Shown piece by piece: positions 60,901 to 64,000 of a DNA stretch of 64,000 bases (position 1 is the stretch's first letter; the number at the start of each line of letters is the position of its first letter). This DNA comes from Blasia pusilla (Eukaryota): contig CM114271.1 of the NCBI GenBank assembly GCA_050084515.1, positions 4,836,001 through 4,900,000 of the forward strand. The letters are read 5' to 3'. The notes below the pieces were generated by a model. That model was not told the DNA's origin. It worked only from the letters and a program-made list of their open reading frames with translations, and did not search any database. A program made the position numbers and the translations under genes.

Positions 60901-62859
60901 ACGGGGGACAGCAGCAGAGGGTATCGTATAGTGGGGCAATGATGTTCGCGAGTGTATCGCCGACGTCTAAATAGCAAGTGTCGGCAAAGTCAAGAAGAGA
61001 AAGAGAAGGTTTGGGAACAGTAGGCGCCATGAGAGGGGCTAGTGAGGGTTAGGTCATAATCGCCTCAATTTAGGGTAAGGTCGCGCAGGGGACGAGTCAG
61101 GTCAGACAATGAAATCGCGGCCATGAGGACCAAGGCGCATAGGGTGGCATGCGCGCGTTGAAGCTCCAGGGACGAGTTTGGAGGGACTTTGGATTCGGGC
61201 CGCATAGGGCAGCGTCCCGACTTGCCAAGGAGGGAGACATGTGGTAGAGACTCGGGAGCGTTTAGCCTGGCCAGCCACATAGGGTGGCGTGCGTGAAGAG
61301 AGTGAGTTTATGATGGAAGGGAGGTACGGGCCACGGGTTGAAGGAGGAGCCATTAAGGCTCCGGGGTCTTAGGGGAGGTACATTCATACGTGCCAAGTAA
61401 ATGAAAATTCAAGAGTGCGGGAGGGGAGATTACGGGAAGGAAGCAAAAGGAAGAGGAGCCAGGGAGGGCCAGGGAGGGCTCCTCTAGGAAAGAAGGAGCA
61501 GCGGGCCGGGTCCGGGGTGTTTTTTCGTGACAACGGGTACATTTCCGGTCCCTACAAAATCGAGCGACAATTTTTGAAGATTTCGTCATTCCATCCGGTT
61601 AAACAGATACGAATACAAGGACACCCTCCCTAAACCCTCGGTTTTTGGCCGGTAAGTGACAATCTGAATCGGAAATTCTCAAATTCTTCCGGCCAGCTCA
61701 ACAAGTAACCCCGGTTCTCCCCGGACATTGGGCCGGGTGTAAGCGGTGCATAGGGAGGCGTGGAGGCTCTCATTAAAGCGGGTCCAAGGGAACGTGAGCT
61801 ACATATGGCAACGTGTCCATGTTCGGGAGGGCATGGCAAGTGCAACATGAGTAAGAGGAGGGAGGGAGAGCCCTCCGTAAAGAACCGTGCTGGCGGGAGA
61901 AGAGGGTAAGGAGTTGACGGAGTTAGGAAAGAGTTTGAGAAGACGTGAAGGGAGATTTGAACGAGTTTGTGGTTGATCGAGCTACATAGTTGAGCGACAT
62001 ATGGGGTGTAGGGGAGCAGGTCAAGTTGCCTACGTGGTTGAATAACATATGGGGTTGGAGAACGGATGTGGTAGGCAGGCTTACCAAGTCAAAGGTGACA
62101 TTGTAGACGTGCTTTCTCTTTGAGTGTTTGATGTGGTAATTTTGGGTTACGTAGTAGGAGAGATTTTTGGTGCCTTGGTATTTCCAAGCACGGATCACGA
62201 TTTGTGCGGGAGTGTGATTTGCGGCTCCTAGAGAGTTTTTGGGATGTGTTTTTGCAAGCATGGATGGGATTCACAATGGGATTTGCATGTTCAATTTGAC
62301 TACGAGCGGGAGGGATGATTTACACAGATAGTTTGCAGAGAGAGTTGGGATGGAGTGTTACTATGTTGATGCCGGCAGATAGTCTACATCCGGTGATGGG
62401 AGGTTCGACATGTTGGTCGAGGAGAGTGTTGTGCCGCGGAGGTTGCCACATCACATGGAGGAGTGAGTGTTGACGGTGTTGTAGGTTGGAGGGCGTGATG
62501 AGGTTACCCATTTGAGTCCCTTTTCCCGCACTTATCTTGTGTCATTGAGGGTTTTGGATCAGGTAGTAGCTGGTGTTAGATGGTTGCGGCGATGGTGACG
62601 AGTGTAGACTCCTTTCATGTGTAGCATGTTGGTGGATATACGACGGTTGCTGAATAGGGGTCACGTGTATGACCCGAGAGTGTCAGTTTTTATGTGAGTT
62701 AAGTGGGAGGCTCATAGTGAGCCCGAGTGTTGAGTGTGCGTGAGGCCGCGTGTGTCATCATGGGATTACGATTAGCGTAGGTGAGTTAGTGAGGAGTGTG
62801 GGAGACTCTTGGTGAGTCTAAGTTCTTGAGCGGGTGAGACATGGTTGTCATCACGGCGT

Positions 62860-64000
62860 TCTTCCAGTGAACCACCGCGAACAACTCTTTCTTATGAGTG
62901 GGCCATCTCCTTTCGGTGTCGCTAAGCTTCTTGCTCTCGTATGCTATAAGTCTCGCTTTTAGCACCAACATTCCTACAATCGCGAAATTACTAGCATCAG
63001 TGTGCACCTTGAACGGTTGGTCAAACTCCGGAAACTTCAGAAGTGGTTCCTGAGAGAGGATCTCCTTGACTCAATTCAACGCTTTATCCACTTCCTTGGT
63101 CCATGTTGTGTTGTCAAACTTGGCGGTCCAATCTGTGAGAGGTTTCACTATTCTCGAAAAGCTCTTCACATATGTCCGGTGAAACCGGATCGCTCTGATG
63201 AACCTCCTCATCCCCTTCACAATGGAAGGCGGTTCCCATTCGGCAATGCGCTTACCTTCCCCATATCTGGACTTACTCCGTATGCACTAACCACATGTCC
63301 CAAGAACTTGATCTTTGTCAAAACAAACTCATATCGCATACACGTTATCCGCATTCGCATACATCTTATTTGCCTTGAGTTTCTCAAACACCATCTTCAA
63401 ATATTGATCGTGCTCCTCTAGTATTCTCAAATAGATGAGTATATCATCTATATAGATGATCACAAACTCGTCCGTATCCTTATGAAAAGATGGAGTTCAT
63501 CAAAGTGGTGAACGTAGGAGGAGCATTAGAAAGACCAAAAACCATTACCACAAACTCGAACGAACTGTATCTCGTCCTACACGGAGTCTTCTCTACATTC
63601 GCTTCGGCAATCCGAACCTGATAATATCTTGATTTCACGTCAATCCGATTGAAATACTAGGCACCTGACAATCAATCAAAGAGTTCATCTATCCTCGGAA
63701 GAGGATAGTTGTTCCTTATGGTCACTTTATTCAGCGCTCGGTAATCAACACAGAGTCTCAACTTTCCATCTTTCTTTTTCACGAAGAGAACGGGCACTCC
63801 ATAAGGTGACTTGTTAGTTCGGATGTAACCCCTTTCTAGGAGTTCACCCAACTATTTCCTTAACTCAGCAAATTCTTTTTGATTCAACCTATATGGTGCC
63901 TTTGAAGATGGTTGAGATCTGGGCATCACCTCTATCTTATGATCAACCACCCTATGTGATGGCAACTCAGTCGGAAGCTCCTTAGTCAATACATATCCAA
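62860..64000 (-). mobile_element. Ty3/gypsy pol relic (reverse transcriptase and truncated RNase H); continues past the window end
   Basis: HKIEV...APYRL...[64 protein letters not shown]...IAYESKKLSDTERRWPTHKKELFAVVH. In-frame stops are present. Confidence 0.93.

Overview
Eukaryotic nuclear DNA from a land plant, probably a bryophyte or other non-seed plant (inferred from the TE families and gene style). Four spliced protein genes sit in a matrix of decayed transposons: (1) a FET/TAF15-like RRM + RanBP2 zinc-finger RNA-binding protein (+, 6751-10903); (2) a 17-exon GH47 EDEM/MNS4-type alpha-mannosidase (-, 22855-12581) with one GC-AG intron; (3) a trihelix (Myb/SANT-like) transcription factor apparently carrying a C-terminal ubiquitin-like domain (-, 36679 to about 34601); (4) a single-CRM (YhbY-like) organellar RNA-binding protein (-, 54602-49716). 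The most striking feature is in the 3.8-kb first intron of the CRM gene: a tandem array of about 13 box C/D snoRNA copies (about 5 intact). All intact copies carry the guide CCUCUAAGAAGU antisense to 18S rRNA (U61/SNORD61-like), while the D' region varies. Mobile DNA includes a CACTA transposase relic, a CRE-like non-LTR relic with an internal 408-bp triplication, Ty3/gypsy pol, several solo-LTR-like families and Helitron-like ends. Gene models were spliced by hand, and family assignments rest on recalled motifs rather than searches.
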